From: Candidatus Iainarchaeum sp.
GTDB lineage: Archaea > Iainarchaeota > Iainarchaeia > Iainarchaeales > Iainarchaeaceae
Reading direction: 5' to 3'
Assembly (NCBI GenBank): GCA_002687735.1
Contig: NZBD01000015.1
Location: forward strand, 54,499 to 118,498
DNA length: 64,000 nucleotides
The notes under the pieces were generated by a model that was not told the origin of the DNA, did not search any database, and was given only the letters and a program-made list of their open reading frames with translations. Shown here one piece after another: positions 9,702-19,482 of this stretch. Position 1 is the stretch's first letter, and the number at the start of each line of letters is the position of its first letter. The translations under genes were made by a program, and so were the position numbers.

Positions 9702-10574
9702 TCAGTTCATTAATCTTCTCAGACTTTCTTTAGTCGAAACTTTAAATTCAAATCCAAGAGACTTAATTTTTTTGTTTGAATAATACCTGTCTCTTATCAT
9801 CCTTTTCAAATAAGCAGAGTCTAATAAAGGCACGATTTTCAAGTAACTATTAACAAAAGCAATAATTTTTCCCAAAAAAAGAGGAACCGTTTTCAAAGGT
9901 CTGTTCATTCCGCTTTCAGTTCTAATAAATTCAGCGAGTTCTTTCAGGGTCATTGCTTCATCATCGCAAAGCATAAAAGTTTCCTCAAAACAATTCTCAT
10001 TGTTAACAGAAAATAATATGGCATTCACAACATTTTCCAAAGAAACAAGCTGCCAATGATTAGAACCATCTCCAATAAGCGGAAAATCTTTCCTTATTAG
10101 TTTTACTATTTTATTCCAATAATCAGTTTTTCCTATTATTATTGCGGGCCTGAAAATAGTTACAGGAAAAATTTCCTGATAAGAAAGAACTTTCTGTTCT
10201 GCTTCCCATTTGCTTCTTTCATATCTTGTTTCAGGATTTGGTTTTGTTTCCTCATTTTTTAATCCGGAGGTTTTCCCAAAAACAGCCACACTGCTTAAAA
10301 AAATAAACTGCTTTACTCCGTTTTCTGATGCGGCTTCCAAAACATTTTCTGTACCTTTAACATTAACATCAAACAAATCAGCCGCGTGTTCATCAAGCGT
10401 TGCTGCACAATGCACAACAATATTTGCACCTTTTATAGATTTTTTGACCTGATCCGCTTTAGTAATGTCACAGTTCTGGCGGTTGCATTCAATAACATCA
10501 AAACGCTTTGCTCTCAGTGCTTTAACAAGCGCATTTCCAACTAAACCATTGCCCCCAGTTACTGCAATTTTCAT
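9702..10574 (-). CDS. NAD-dependent epimerase/dehydratase (extended SDR)
   Basis: TGGNGLVG, VVHCAA, YERSK. Confidence 0.9.
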   Translation of the reverse strand: MKIAVTGGNGLVGNALVKALRAKRFDVIECNRQNCDITKADQVKKSIKGANIVVHCAATLDEHAADLFDVNVKGTENVLEAASENGVKQFIFLSSVAVFGKTSGLKNEETKPNPETRYERSKWEAEQKVLSYQEIFPVTIFRPAIIIGKTDYWNKIVKLIRKDFPLIGDGSNHWQLVSLENVVNAILFSVNNENCFEETFMLCDDEAMTLKELAEFIRTESGMNRPLKTVPLFLGKIIAFVNSYLKIVPLLDSAYLKRMIRDRYYSNKKIKSLGFEFKVSTKESLRRLMN

Positions 10575-11614
10575 CTTAAATTCCTCATAACAAGTAATAA
10601 GTCTTTTCCGAGTTTTTTCTTTTTCAAAACTCTTACTTTTATAGGTTTCTTAACTTTAAATGCCTTTAAACCCTGTTTAATTTCCCTGTCAGCAATAATA
10701 AAAACCAATCTATCAAACATTTTTTTCCCTAATAATTCTGAAGCAAGTTTGTTTCCTGGTTCAATCAAAACATTTTTTATTCCAAAAGAATAAAGCTTTT
10801 CAAAAGCATCATCCAAACTAATTCCTTTTTTTGAAGCTTTTACAGTAACAACCTTTGCTCCCTTTTCAAGTAAATTTTTTATTTTATTTTTTGGAATTTT
10901 TTTTGTGCAGAAAATAATTGTATTTCCTTTTTCAGAAAGCACTTTAGAATCCAGAGGAATTCTTGCTTTAGAATCAAGTACAACTCTCACAGGATTTTTT
11001 CCTTTCTTTACGCTTAATTTCGGATCATCTTTCAAAACAGTATTGCTTCCAACAATTATTGCATCATTTTGTTCTCGTAGTTTTTGAACAAATCTGGAAG
11101 ATTGTTTTCCGGAAATTTTCTTTTTCTTTCCGTCTCCGAATGAAATAAATCCGTCAATGCTCATGGCGATTTTTATTGTTATTAATGGTTTTTTCTTTAC
11201 AGAATAATTAGTTATGTATAAGTCGTATAGTTTTTTAGCTTCTTTTTCTCTTGTAATTTTTACTGTAATTCCATGTTTCCTTAATTCTTTAGCTCCGTTT
11301 CCTGATTCTTTGTTAGGGTCTCCTTGAGCAATAAAAACACGCTTAATTCCAGCTTTGATAATAGCTTTTGTGCAGGGAGGTTGCTTTCCATAATGATTAC
11401 AAGGCTCAAGTGTTACAAAAAGATCAGCTCCTTTGGCTTTTTTACCTGCTTTTTTCAAAGCTCCAGCCTCAGCATGTTCATCCCCAAATCTCTTGTGATA
11501 GGCTTTTCCAACTATTTTTTCTTCCTTAACAACAACAGCCCCGACCATTGGGTTTGGCCATGTGTCTTTTCCTTTTTCAGCGGCCTTAATTGCTTCTTGC
11601 ATAAAATTTTTCAT
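10571..11614 (-). CDS. ribD: Bifunctional riboflavin deaminase/reductase RibD
   Basis: PNPMVGAVVV, HAE and TLEPCNHYGKQPPC deaminase motifs plus reductase domain. Confidence 0.93.
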   Translation of the reverse strand: MKNFMQEAIKAAEKGKDTWPNPMVGAVVVKEEKIVGKAYHKRFGDEHAEAGALKKAGKKAKGADLFVTLEPCNHYGKQPPCTKAIIKAGIKRVFIAQGDPNKESGNGAKELRKHGITVKITREKEAKKLYDLYITNYSVKKKPLITIKIAMSIDGFISFGDGKKKKISGKQSSRFVQKLREQNDAIIVGSNTVLKDDPKLSVKKGKNPVRVVLDSKARIPLDSKVLSEKGNTIIFCTKKIPKNKIKNLLEKGAKVVTVKASKKGISLDDAFEKLYSFGIKNVLIEPGNKLASELLGKKMFDRLVFIIADREIKQGLKAFKVKKPIKVRVLKKKKLGKDLLLVMRNLR

Positions 11615-12441
11615 TAAAATCCCCCGGTTAATAAAAAGCCCAGTCCGGGAAAAACAAGCGCTAACAAAACCCCTAGAAAAACAAATACTCCAAACCTTGG
11701 AAGATCCCTATAAACAAAAATTTCTTTAATTCCTTTTTTTTCAAGTTCCTTTTTTTCCTTTTCTCCATAAATTCCTTTGAAACCTTTTCCGAGTTTTTCT
11801 CTTTCTTTTTCACTCATAAAATCAAACGCAATTATTTCATCTTCCTCTATATCTTTAAGATTGATTTTTTTCAGAAAAAATTCTTTCCTGATTCCTTTTT
11901 CAAATGCAATAAAAAGAACACCAAAACTAAGAGGGGTTCCAAACAAAAGCAAATAATTATCAGAAACAAAACCTGTTGTTGAAAGCATAAACAAATAAAC
12001 AATCAGGATAACCAAAAAACCAAGCGCTCTCATAATTCCTTGCTTGTTATACTGAAAGTCAATCCCTTTCCGAAAATATTTAATCATATAATAGACTGAC
12101 AGGAAAATTATTGAAGTTAAAGCAGACAAAAGTACAGCTTGAATAATGAAAACACTATCATTGAAAAATGGCAAAGCCAAAGCAATTCCTGTGTAAAGTT
12201 TTACATCCCCGCCGCCAATTTTACCTGTATAATAAAGGACATAACCAATTCCAAAAACTAATATTCCCAAACCAATTCCGGAAAATTCTTGCTCAAGAAT
12301 GTTCACGAATAAGCCAAAAATAATTAGCGGGATTGTTATCCAATCATAAATGTAGCCGGTTTTAAAATCCACATAAGCCCCGACTCCGGAAGCGAGCAAT
12401 ATTGCTATTTGTCTGAGTAAAATAAGTTCCATGTTTATCAA
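11614..12441 (-). CDS. A24 family prepilin peptidase
   Basis: AYVDFK and IGGGDVKL aspartyl motifs, multi-TM. Confidence 0.85.
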   Translation of the reverse strand: MINMELILLRQIAILLASGVGAYVDFKTGYIYDWITIPLIIFGLFVNILEQEFSGIGLGILVFGIGYVLYYTGKIGGGDVKLYTGIALALPFFNDSVFIIQAVLLSALTSIIFLSVYYMIKYFRKGIDFQYNKQGIMRALGFLVILIVYLFMLSTTGFVSDNYLLLFGTPLSFGVLFIAFEKGIRKEFFLKKINLKDIEEDEIIAFDFMSEKEREKLGKGFKGIYGEKEKKELEKKGIKEIFVYRDLPRFGVFVFLGVLLALVFPGLGFLLTGGF

Positions 12442-13784
12442 CGAATTTTGAATTTTTTCTTTTTAGCAAACATCCCCTGTAACTTTTTCATATTCATTCC
12501 TTTCCCGTCTTCAAACTTTTTAGCATCAACATTGCTGAATTGTCTGAAAACTTTTTTCATTTTCTTAAAATTTTTTATAAGTTCTCTTACATCTTCCTGA
12601 GTAACCCCGGAACCTTTCGCAATCCTCGCAATTCTGCTTTTGTTCATTACATCTGGATTTGTTTTTTCTGTTTTAGTCATTGAATCAATCATAAACCCAA
12701 ACTTATTCAGCTTCTGTTCTCCTACCTCTGCCATTTCTTTTGGTAATTGCTGACTCATCCCCATCATGTCAAGAACCTTCCCCATAGGCCCCATCTTTCT
12801 TGCGGCTTTCATCTGCTGGTAAAAAGTTTCTAAAGTAAATTCTCCTTTCAAAAGTTCTTCAGGGTCTATTTGTTCTTCTTCTTGAACTTCTTTTGCTTTC
12901 TCAAGCAATGATTGCAAATCACCATAACCCATTATGCTGCTTAAATATCTTGTTGCATCAAACTCCTGCAAATCATCCGGCTTTTCTCCAGTTCCGATAA
13001 AATAAACGCTTGAATTTGTTGAATGACAGGCTGCTAATGCTCCGCCTCCTTTTGCTGAACCGTCCATTTTTGTTATTATAACTCCGTTAACCCCAACACT
13101 TTTGTGAAATGCTTCCGCTTGTTTCTTTGCTACTTGTCCGACATCAGATCCAATCACTAACCATTTTTCCTTTGCTTTGAAAACATTTTCAATTGCCTTG
13201 ATTTCTTTTGTTAGATCTTCATCCAAAGCACTTCTTCCTGCAGAATCACAAATAACCAAATCATAATCCTTGAATTCCTTTAAACCCTGCTCAATTATTT
13301 TTACCGCATTCTTTTCTTTTTCATTTCCATAAAAATCCGCTTTTACTTTTTTTGCAATAGTTTTTAGTTGTTCAAATGCAGCTGGCCTGAAAACATCCGC
13401 AGCAATAACTCCAACTTTTAATCCTCTTTTGAGGTACCACTTCGCAAGCTTTCCCGTTGTTGTTGTTTTTCCTGATCCGAATAATCCGACAAGTAAAATC
13501 TTTTTCGGTTTTTCCGGCGGTTTTGCATGCCCTCCAAGAATATCAGCAAGGTTATCATGAGTAGCTTTAATCACATGCTCTCTTCTGCTGATTCCTTTTG
13601 GTAAGTCCTGGAATGCTGCTTCTTCAATCTGTTTGCTTAATTTTAGAACTAGGCTTATTTCCACGTCAGAACTAATGAGTGCTCTTTGGAGTTCCTTTAC
13701 TGCTTCTTTAATAGTTGCCTTATCAATTTCTGAGCTGTTTCTTAGTTTCTCTATTGCTTTTCTTAGGTTTTCTCCAAGACTCAT
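12438..13784 (-). CDS. srp54: Signal recognition particle protein SRP54
   Basis: GLFGSGKTT, DSAGR, TKMDG, Met-rich M domain with RIARIAKGSG. Confidence 0.96.
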   Translation of the reverse strand: MSLGENLRKAIEKLRNSSEIDKATIKEAVKELQRALISSDVEISLVLKLSKQIEEAAFQDLPKGISRREHVIKATHDNLADILGGHAKPPEKPKKILLVGLFGSGKTTTTGKLAKWYLKRGLKVGVIAADVFRPAAFEQLKTIAKKVKADFYGNEKEKNAVKIIEQGLKEFKDYDLVICDSAGRSALDEDLTKEIKAIENVFKAKEKWLVIGSDVGQVAKKQAEAFHKSVGVNGVIITKMDGSAKGGGALAACHSTNSSVYFIGTGEKPDDLQEFDATRYLSSIMGYGDLQSLLEKAKEVQEEEQIDPEELLKGEFTLETFYQQMKAARKMGPMGKVLDMMGMSQQLPKEMAEVGEQKLNKFGFMIDSMTKTEKTNPDVMNKSRIARIAKGSGVTQEDVRELIKNFKKMKKVFRQFSNVDAKKFEDGKGMNMKKLQGMFAKKKKFKIR

Positions 13785-13858
13785 AGTAATCACTAAAATA
13801 TAATAGATTGTATAATAAAAAAAGAATTAAATAGAGGGGAAAAACCCTCCTTTTGTTA

Positions 13859-14068
13859 TTAAGCCTTTGCTACTTCTTGGATTACTTTCTTTCCTTCAGT
13901 TCCTTCTTGTACTTCTTTCTTTTTGGTTCTGAAATTAGCGTATGGTCTGTATTTTGTTTTAGTCCATGCTTCAGGCTGTTTTTTTCTCATTTTGAACTCT
14001 TGTGCGAGTAGTTTCTGTCTGAACTCTTCGTTTGAATCCATTCCTAAAAGATCGTTTAAAGATGCCAT
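13859..14068 (-). CDS. Small hypothetical protein
   Basis: GGAGG SD, directly downstream of the TRAM gene, followed by a hairpin. Confidence 0.55.
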   Translation of the reverse strand: MASLNDLLGMDSNEEFRQKLLAQEFKMRKKQPEAWTKTKYRPYANFRTKKKEVQEGTEGKKVIQEVAKA

Positions 14069-14073
14069 GTGAA

Positions 14074-14475
14074 TCATTCCTCCTTTTTTTCCTCTTCGGG
14101 ACTTTCTTCGGTCTCAGCAGAATCTTCCTTTTGGATATCCTCAGTCTCTTCTTCAGCATCCTCATTAGTTTCTTCTGCATCTGCTTCTTCAGTTTCTGCT
14201 TGTGGTTCTTCGCTTTCTTCTTGGTTTTCCTGAGTTTCTGCCTCACCATCAGCAGCATCAGAATCTCCAATAACTTCCCCAAAGCTTACCTTTCCTCTTA
14301 CCGCATTAATCTTTATTTTTACTTTATCTCCTTTTTGCACGTTAGGCACTATAATTACATAGTTGTTAACTCTAGCGATTCCGTCGCCTTTTTCTCCAAT
14401 CCCTTCGATTTCGACATCATAAATGTCTCCTTCTTTTACAGGAATTGCACCAAATTTTCCTCGTTTTTCGTTCAT
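14074..14475 (-). CDS. TRAM-domain RNA-binding protein with acidic tail
   Basis: PVKEGDIYDVEIEGIGEKGDGIARV motif; Glu-rich C-terminus. Confidence 0.88.
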   Translation of the reverse strand: MNEKRGKFGAIPVKEGDIYDVEIEGIGEKGDGIARVNNYVIIVPNVQKGDKVKIKINAVRGKVSFGEVIGDSDAADGEAETQENQEESEEPQAETEEADAEETNEDAEEETEDIQKEDSAETEESPEEEKKEE

Positions 14476-14651
14476 TTAATTTCCCCCATTTACTTATTTT
14501 TCAAATAACGTGCGGATGCACAACAGAACCTATTCTATCAATATTATACTTCAAGAAGAAGGTTATTTTTGTTGAAATCCAATCCTATATTAATAGGTGC
14601 TTTTAAACTATTTAAAGGAAACCCTTTTTGCTAGAATCAGCGTATATTGCC

Positions 14652-14939
14652 TTATTTTAGCACTTCTAGGGTTCCTTGTTTGCCTGTGCCAAGTTGTATT
14701 TGGCCTCGGAATTCTGAACAGTAACCGTTAGAAATCTTGATTTTATCTCCCTCATTGACCTGATCTGTCTGCTCATTCCATAGACTAAGGCTTACTTCCC
14801 CGGTTTCATCCTTTCCTGCACAGTTACATACTGTTCCGGATCCTTTCTCATTAGCCCATTTCCTGATTTCGCCTTTTGAGGTTATTTCAAGTTCTATTTC
14901 GTCAACTGGTGTTCTTGCTTTTAGTTCTGAAACTTTCAT
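14652..14939 (-). CDS. Single OB-fold ssDNA-binding protein
   Basis: KVSELK...DETGEVSLSLWNE...IKISNGY OB signature. Confidence 0.85.
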   Translation of the reverse strand: MKVSELKARTPVDEIELEITSKGEIRKWANEKGSGTVCNCAGKDETGEVSLSLWNEQTDQVNEGDKIKISNGYCSEFRGQIQLGTGKQGTLEVLK

Positions 14940-14983
14940 AAAAAAATCACTTAGATTATTGAAATTCTAAATCTTTTTAAATC

Positions 14984-15086
14984 AACCGCCACAGTTTCGG
15001 CTGTGGGCAACGACGGTTACATGGCAAGACACAGTCTTGCTATGCCCCACAAACTCAAGTTTGTGAGGGTCTCGTTAAAACGAGAT
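14984..15086. repeat. CCACAG-hairpin element with four tandem stem-loops
   Basis: ccacagtttcggctgtgggcaacg, then gcaagac/gtcttgc, cacaaact/agtttgtg and tctcgtt/aacgaga hairpins. Confidence 0.8.
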
Positions 15087-15094
15087 AAGCCAAA

Positions 15095-16354
15095 TCACAA
15101 AATCCTGTCAATAATAAATTCAGACTTGAATTCCAAAAGGTCTTCATACCTTTGACCAGTTCCCACAAACACAATCGGCTTCTTCAGTTTGTATAATAGA
15201 GAAATCGCTGTCCCTCCTTTTGTATCAGTATCGATTTTTGTTAATACAAATCCATCAATTCCAATGGCTTTATCAAATTCCGATGCTTGTTGTAAAAGTG
15301 CCTGGCCAGTATAAGCTTCTCCAACGTATAATTTCACATCCGGTTTGATAACTCTTTCAATTTTTTTAAGTTCATCAATCAGGTTCTTGTTAGTATCTTG
15401 TCTTCCTGCCGAATCAATTAATACAACATCAATGTTTTTTGCTTCTGCTGCTTTAACAGCATCAAACGCAACAGCTGTTGGATCACTCCCATATTTGTGC
15501 TTTACAACTTTTACTCCGAGTTTTTTCCCGTGCTCTTCCAGTTGATCTATTGCTGCTGCTCTGAAAGTATCTCCGGCTGCCAGAATAACACTTTTTTTAT
15601 TATTCATAAAGTATTTGGAAATTTTTGCTATAGAAGTTGTTTTGCCTGCTCCGTTTGGTCCTAAAAATAAAATCTTTAATGGTTTTTCTTTCAGTGAAAG
15701 CAAATTTATTTTTTCTGTTTCCATTATTTTTTCAAGCGAGCCTTTAACTTCTTTTTTAAGAAATTCTCCGACATCTTCTTTTGCAGAAATTTCCTTCCCA
15801 ATAAGTCTTTCTTTTAATTCTTTCACAATAGCTTCTGCTGTATCCTGTTCAACATCAGATTCTAATAAACTTAATTCGAATTCTTCAAAAAATTCTCCTG
15901 CTTCCTTTTCGGTTATTTTGATTTTCCCGCCAATAAAACCAAACAGTTTTTTTCCCAAACCAACTTTTGCTTTTAATTCTCGTTTCTCATCTTTCCGGAT
16001 TTCTTTTACTTTTTCTTCAGCAGCTTTATCTTCTCCGCCAATAGAAAATTTCTCTTCTTCTATTTCAGGTTCAGAAATTTCTTTTTCAATAACAGATTCT
16101 TCGGCTTTCGGTTCAGTTGGTTCTTCAGTTATTTCTTCTTCAGAAACAGTTTCTTCTTTAGTTTCAACAACTTCCTTAACTTCTTGTTCAATTATTGGTT
16201 TTTCTTTAACTGGTTTGGAAACTTGTTCTTTTTGTTCCTGAACAGGTTTAGGCTTTTCAATTTGTTCAGTTTCTTTTTTTGATTCCTGCTTTTGGAGTTT
16301 TTCCTTTAACTTATCCGTAAAATTAGAGACCTTTTTCTTTAGGAAATCAAACAT
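15095..16354 (-). CDS. ftsY: SRP receptor FtsY
   Basis: Acidic N-terminus, GPNGAGKTT, DTFRAAA, DSAGR, TKID. Confidence 0.96.
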   Translation of the reverse strand: MFDFLKKKVSNFTDKLKEKLQKQESKKETEQIEKPKPVQEQKEQVSKPVKEKPIIEQEVKEVVETKEETVSEEEITEEPTEPKAEESVIEKEISEPEIEEEKFSIGGEDKAAEEKVKEIRKDEKRELKAKVGLGKKLFGFIGGKIKITEKEAGEFFEEFELSLLESDVEQDTAEAIVKELKERLIGKEISAKEDVGEFLKKEVKGSLEKIMETEKINLLSLKEKPLKILFLGPNGAGKTTSIAKISKYFMNNKKSVILAAGDTFRAAAIDQLEEHGKKLGVKVVKHKYGSDPTAVAFDAVKAAEAKNIDVVLIDSAGRQDTNKNLIDELKKIERVIKPDVKLYVGEAYTGQALLQQASEFDKAIGIDGFVLTKIDTDTKGGTAISLLYKLKKPIVFVGTGQRYEDLLEFKSEFIIDRIL

Positions 16355-16386
16355 AAGATTAATGTGCTTGCTTTGTTATTTTAGGG

Positions 16387-16833
16387 TTAATTCTGAGCAG
16401 CTCTTTGTTTCTGCGTGTGCTGTCTTCCGGCATTCAATACTTGTTCAAGTTGGTTTACTCTTGCCATTGCCTTTTGCTGGTCTTCAGCAATTTTGCTTAT
16501 AGTTTTATTCATGTTTTTGATTTTATTATCAAGAACCTTAATCAGTTCTTTTGAATTCTTTTCTTTGAAAACATTTCCTGAAAGTGAACTTATTGCTTTT
16601 GATGTTTCATCTATTGTCATATTCATGTAAACGCCTGCTCCAAGATTAATAAGTATTTTATCGCCTTTTTTGTTTTTTTCGATTTCAGTTAAAACATCCT
16701 TAGCAGCCAACAGTTCTGTTTTGAATTCCTGAAACCTTGCTACCTGATCATTGATTTGTGCAAGTTTTTGTTTTTCTTGATTTGCCATTTGAATTAATTG
16801 ATTTCCTGTTAATTGTACTTTTTTTTCAACCAT
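16387..16833 (-). CDS. pfdA: Prefoldin subunit alpha
   Basis: Coiled coils around ILINLGAGVY hairpin; conserved LX-pfdA-ftsY order. Confidence 0.85.
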   Translation of the reverse strand: MVEKKVQLTGNQLIQMANQEKQKLAQINDQVARFQEFKTELLAAKDVLTEIEKNKKGDKILINLGAGVYMNMTIDETSKAISSLSGNVFKEKNSKELIKVLDNKIKNMNKTISKIAEDQQKAMARVNQLEQVLNAGRQHTQKQRAAQN

Positions 16834-16839
16834 TTTTCA

Positions 16840-17028
16840 TCACTTTTTTTTCTCGCTTATTTCATTAATTGTAATGCGGTGTCTATTAAGCTTGTGTTTT
16901 GAGCCTATCATAGAGAATGCCTTTTCTTTTGCAAAACTTTCATTTATTGCAGTGATTTCCTTTGAAAACTTTTTTTCTTCCTGTTTTTCTTTAAAAATTC
17001 CGTTTACAACAAATATTTTTCCAGTCAT
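16840..17028 (-). CDS. rpl18a: 50S ribosomal protein LX (L18Ae/eL20)
   Basis: FSKEI.A...AKEK.FS.IGSKHKL.R..I.I motif and gene order. Confidence 0.9.
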   Translation of the reverse strand: MTGKIFVVNGIFKEKQEEKKFSKEITAINESFAKEKAFSMIGSKHKLNRHRITINEISEKKK

Positions 17029-17696
17029 TCTTCTCCCCTCAATCCTTCATCGATTTTTGATAATTCTATTCCTGATGTAAGCTCTCCAACAATAACTCCT
17101 TTTGAGTTAGCCAATACACTGTTTCCGACAAACAAGTCCCCGTAATTAGCGGTTGTTGCTTCTCCTTTAACCCCAAAAACCTTTTCAAGTTCTTTGAAGT
17201 CATTTTCGTTAATATTTGGGTGTGCGATAAACCCTTTATTTGTTACTGTTACACAAGCCCCTATAACATCGCTCTCAGCAATGTTCATAACCTTGAATTT
17301 AACCCCGAAAAAGTCTTCTAATTCACCCACAACTTTCTCAGAGAACAATGTGCTTGCTATTCCGCCATTGTTGTTCAAAGCCACCAGATTTCCAGTGGCT
17401 GTATAACCGCCAATTTGTAATACTTCAAATCCTTCTTTTTCAAGAGTTTCTATTTCGTGTTTTTCAACAATGCTTGAAACAACTAATTTATTATCAAACC
17501 CTGTTGCAAGAATTCCTAACAATGAGGTTCCTCCAAGGTTTGCTTTAATTGATTTTACTTCTAGTTCCGTTTCTATTTTTTTTAATTCTTTTGGTAAAAC
17601 AGAATTTGGAACCAAAACAAATTCATCAGTTGCAATCCCGAAGATTCCCACATAAGGGCTGCTTCTCAAATTTACCCTTTCGAAATTCAAATTCAA
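17025..17696 (-). CDS. eif6: Translation initiation factor 6 (aIF6)
   Basis: SPYVGI, TANYG..VG..VLANSKG..VG..TSG.EL. Confidence 0.93.
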   Translation of the reverse strand: MNLNFERVNLRSSPYVGIFGIATDEFVLVPNSVLPKELKKIETELEVKSIKANLGGTSLLGILATGFDNKLVVSSIVEKHEIETLEKEGFEVLQIGGYTATGNLVALNNNGGIASTLFSEKVVGELEDFFGVKFKVMNIAESDVIGACVTVTNKGFIAHPNINENDFKELEKVFGVKGEATTANYGDLFVGNSVLANSKGVIVGELTSGIELSKIDEGLRGEE

Positions 17697-17699
17697 AAC

Positions 17700-18137
17700 C
17701 TACTTTCTTTTCATTTCAACAGCTTTTGCTGCTGTTTCTTTAGCCTTTTTTTCTTCGAGCTTTTCTTTCTTTTCTTGATCAGCTTCAACTTCTTTCTTTG
17801 TTTCTTTTTTTGAGTCCTTTGCTTTCTTCTCTGCGTCTTTTTTCTTCTTTGCCTTTTCTTTCTGCTCTAAATAAACTTTCAATTGTTTTCCTTCCTGCAA
17901 GAAAACAGTAACCTTATCATTCTCTTTAAGTAAAATAGTCTTAACCCTTCTCGGGATATTTTTTGAATTCTTGTGTAATTCCTCATTAACCTCATTGCTG
18001 ATGTTTGTTTGTTTAGCTCTTGTGTGCTTTTTCACAAACCTGTTTATTACATTCAGAGCTTTTCTGATTCTTTTTTTAGGAGGAAACATGAATGCGTTTC
18101 TTAGTCCGATCGTATATTCTGCTTGTTCGCCTTTCAT
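17700..18137 (-). CDS. rpl31e: 50S ribosomal protein L31e with Lys/Glu-rich extension
   Basis: YTIGLR..PPKKR..KAL..I.RFVKKH..ISNEVNE..PRRV; gene order. Confidence 0.88.
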   Translation of the reverse strand: MKGEQAEYTIGLRNAFMFPPKKRIRKALNVINRFVKKHTRAKQTNISNEVNEELHKNSKNIPRRVKTILLKENDKVTVFLQEGKQLKVYLEQKEKAKKKKDAEKKAKDSKKETKKEVEADQEKKEKLEEKKAKETAAKAVEMKRK

Positions 18138-18421
18138 CGTCTTCCACTATCCTTTTTTCCGGTTCTTCTTTTCTTTAATGTTGTAATTGTTTTTTTACCG
18201 CTTTTTGTTCTTTTAATATTCTTAACTTTCCCCTGTTCTCTTTGCTTCTTTTTGAATAAAGTCCCTAAATCAGTTTGTCTCCAGTGTCTGTTTCCTCTTT
18301 TATTGTAAATTCTTTTTCCTGCTTTTTGCAGTATCCAGACCGGAGCGTTAGTTAAACCTGAACCGATTTCTTTTCTTGCCGAAACCAAAAATTCTTTTTC
18401 TTCTTCAGTTTTTCTTCCCAT
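18134..18421 (-). CDS. rpl39e: 50S ribosomal protein L39e with basic extension
   Basis: APVWILQK...RHWRQTDL motif, located between PDCD5 and L31e. Confidence 0.78.
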   Translation of the reverse strand: MGRKTEEEKEFLVSARKEIGSGLTNAPVWILQKAGKRIYNKRGNRHWRQTDLGTLFKKKQREQGKVKNIKRTKSGKKTITTLKKRRTGKKDSGRR

Positions 18422-18426
18422 AAAAA

Positions 18427-18741
18427 TCACTTTCTTGTAATGTTAATGTCCCTTCGCTTGTTCAATTGTCTTAAAATTTCTTTCACTTGCTCCTCGTTCA
18501 ATTTTCCCTGCACCATTCCTTTTTGCACCAAACCCATAATAGCCTGAAATGCTCTGGTGTATAATTCTTTGTTAACAAGCCTTACATTGCTTAGCCTCTG
18601 TTTTGCTTCCTCTGTTAGGATGCTTTTCAAGATGCTTTGCATTTTGTCTTCCATTTCTAAGGCTTGGTTTTCTTCCTCCTGTTGCTTCAAATATTTTTGT
18701 TTTAATTCATCAAGCTTTTTTTCCTTCAGGTCTTCGCTCAT
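18427..18741 (-). CDS. PDCD5-like dsDNA-binding protein
   Basis: ILTEEAKQRLSNVRLV...EILRQL...I.ITRK. Confidence 0.9.
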   Translation of the reverse strand: MSEDLKEKKLDELKQKYLKQQEEENQALEMEDKMQSILKSILTEEAKQRLSNVRLVNKELYTRAFQAIMGLVQKGMVQGKLNEEQVKEILRQLNKRRDINITRK

Positions 18742-19363
18742 GCTTTTCCCCTTTCCCTTCAGGACTTCCTTTGGTCGTAGGTTGTTCTTTTTGTTCTTTA
18801 GGAGCTTCTTTAGCTTCCGGTCTTTTTTCCTTTTGTGCTTCTGCGTTTGCTTTCTGCACTGCTGCTTTCTTTTCCTCTAATCTCCTTTTTGTGTTTGCTT
18901 CTATTCGGTCCATTCTTTCCTGCTTTTGCATTAATTTTTTCTTATTAATTTCATCAACTACTTTCTGAACCTCTTTTGATTTTGTGTAAAGTAGTTTTTC
19001 TCCCTGGCCTGTTACTACTCTGCCTTTCTTGGCTTTCTTAAGCAAACCATTCTTTTCAAGTTGCTGTAAACATACTCTGATAACTTTTCCTGATGCTTTC
19101 TTTTTTGCTTCAGGTTTAACTCCTCTGTTTTTTCTTCCGCCGTAATAAGTTCTCAGGCTTCCGGTTCCTGTTGAACCGTGCTTATAAATCTGATAAAGAA
19201 TACTCGCATTTCTCACAAAAAACCAATCAGGGTTGTTTGGAGTTCTTTCATTATGCGCACCAGTTTTTACATAATTGAATATCTCTGGCTGTTGAACCTT
19301 GCCTTTCAGTTCTTTGGCGATCTCTTCTATCAGCATTCCTGCCGGCACATCAAATATACCCAT
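18710..19363 (-). CDS. rps19e: 30S ribosomal protein S19e with C-terminal extension
   Basis: VKTGAHNER.P..DWFFVR.AS, YGGRKNRG, QQLEKNGL. Confidence 0.95.
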   Translation of the reverse strand: MGIFDVPAGMLIEEIAKELKGKVQQPEIFNYVKTGAHNERTPNNPDWFFVRNASILYQIYKHGSTGTGSLRTYYGGRKNRGVKPEAKKKASGKVIRVCLQQLEKNGLLKKAKKGRVVTGQGEKLLYTKSKEVQKVVDEINKKKLMQKQERMDRIEANTKRRLEEKKAAVQKANAEAQKEKRPEAKEAPKEQKEQPTTKGSPEGKGEKHERRPEGKKA

Positions 19364-19482
19364 TTTTTTTACACCTTTTTTTCTCCTTTCGGAGTTGATT
19401 GTTCAAGCCTGCAAAAGCAGACAAACTTCTAAAAGAAGTAACAATAATTCGCCTTGGAAACCTTTAAAAAGCTTGAGTTTTG

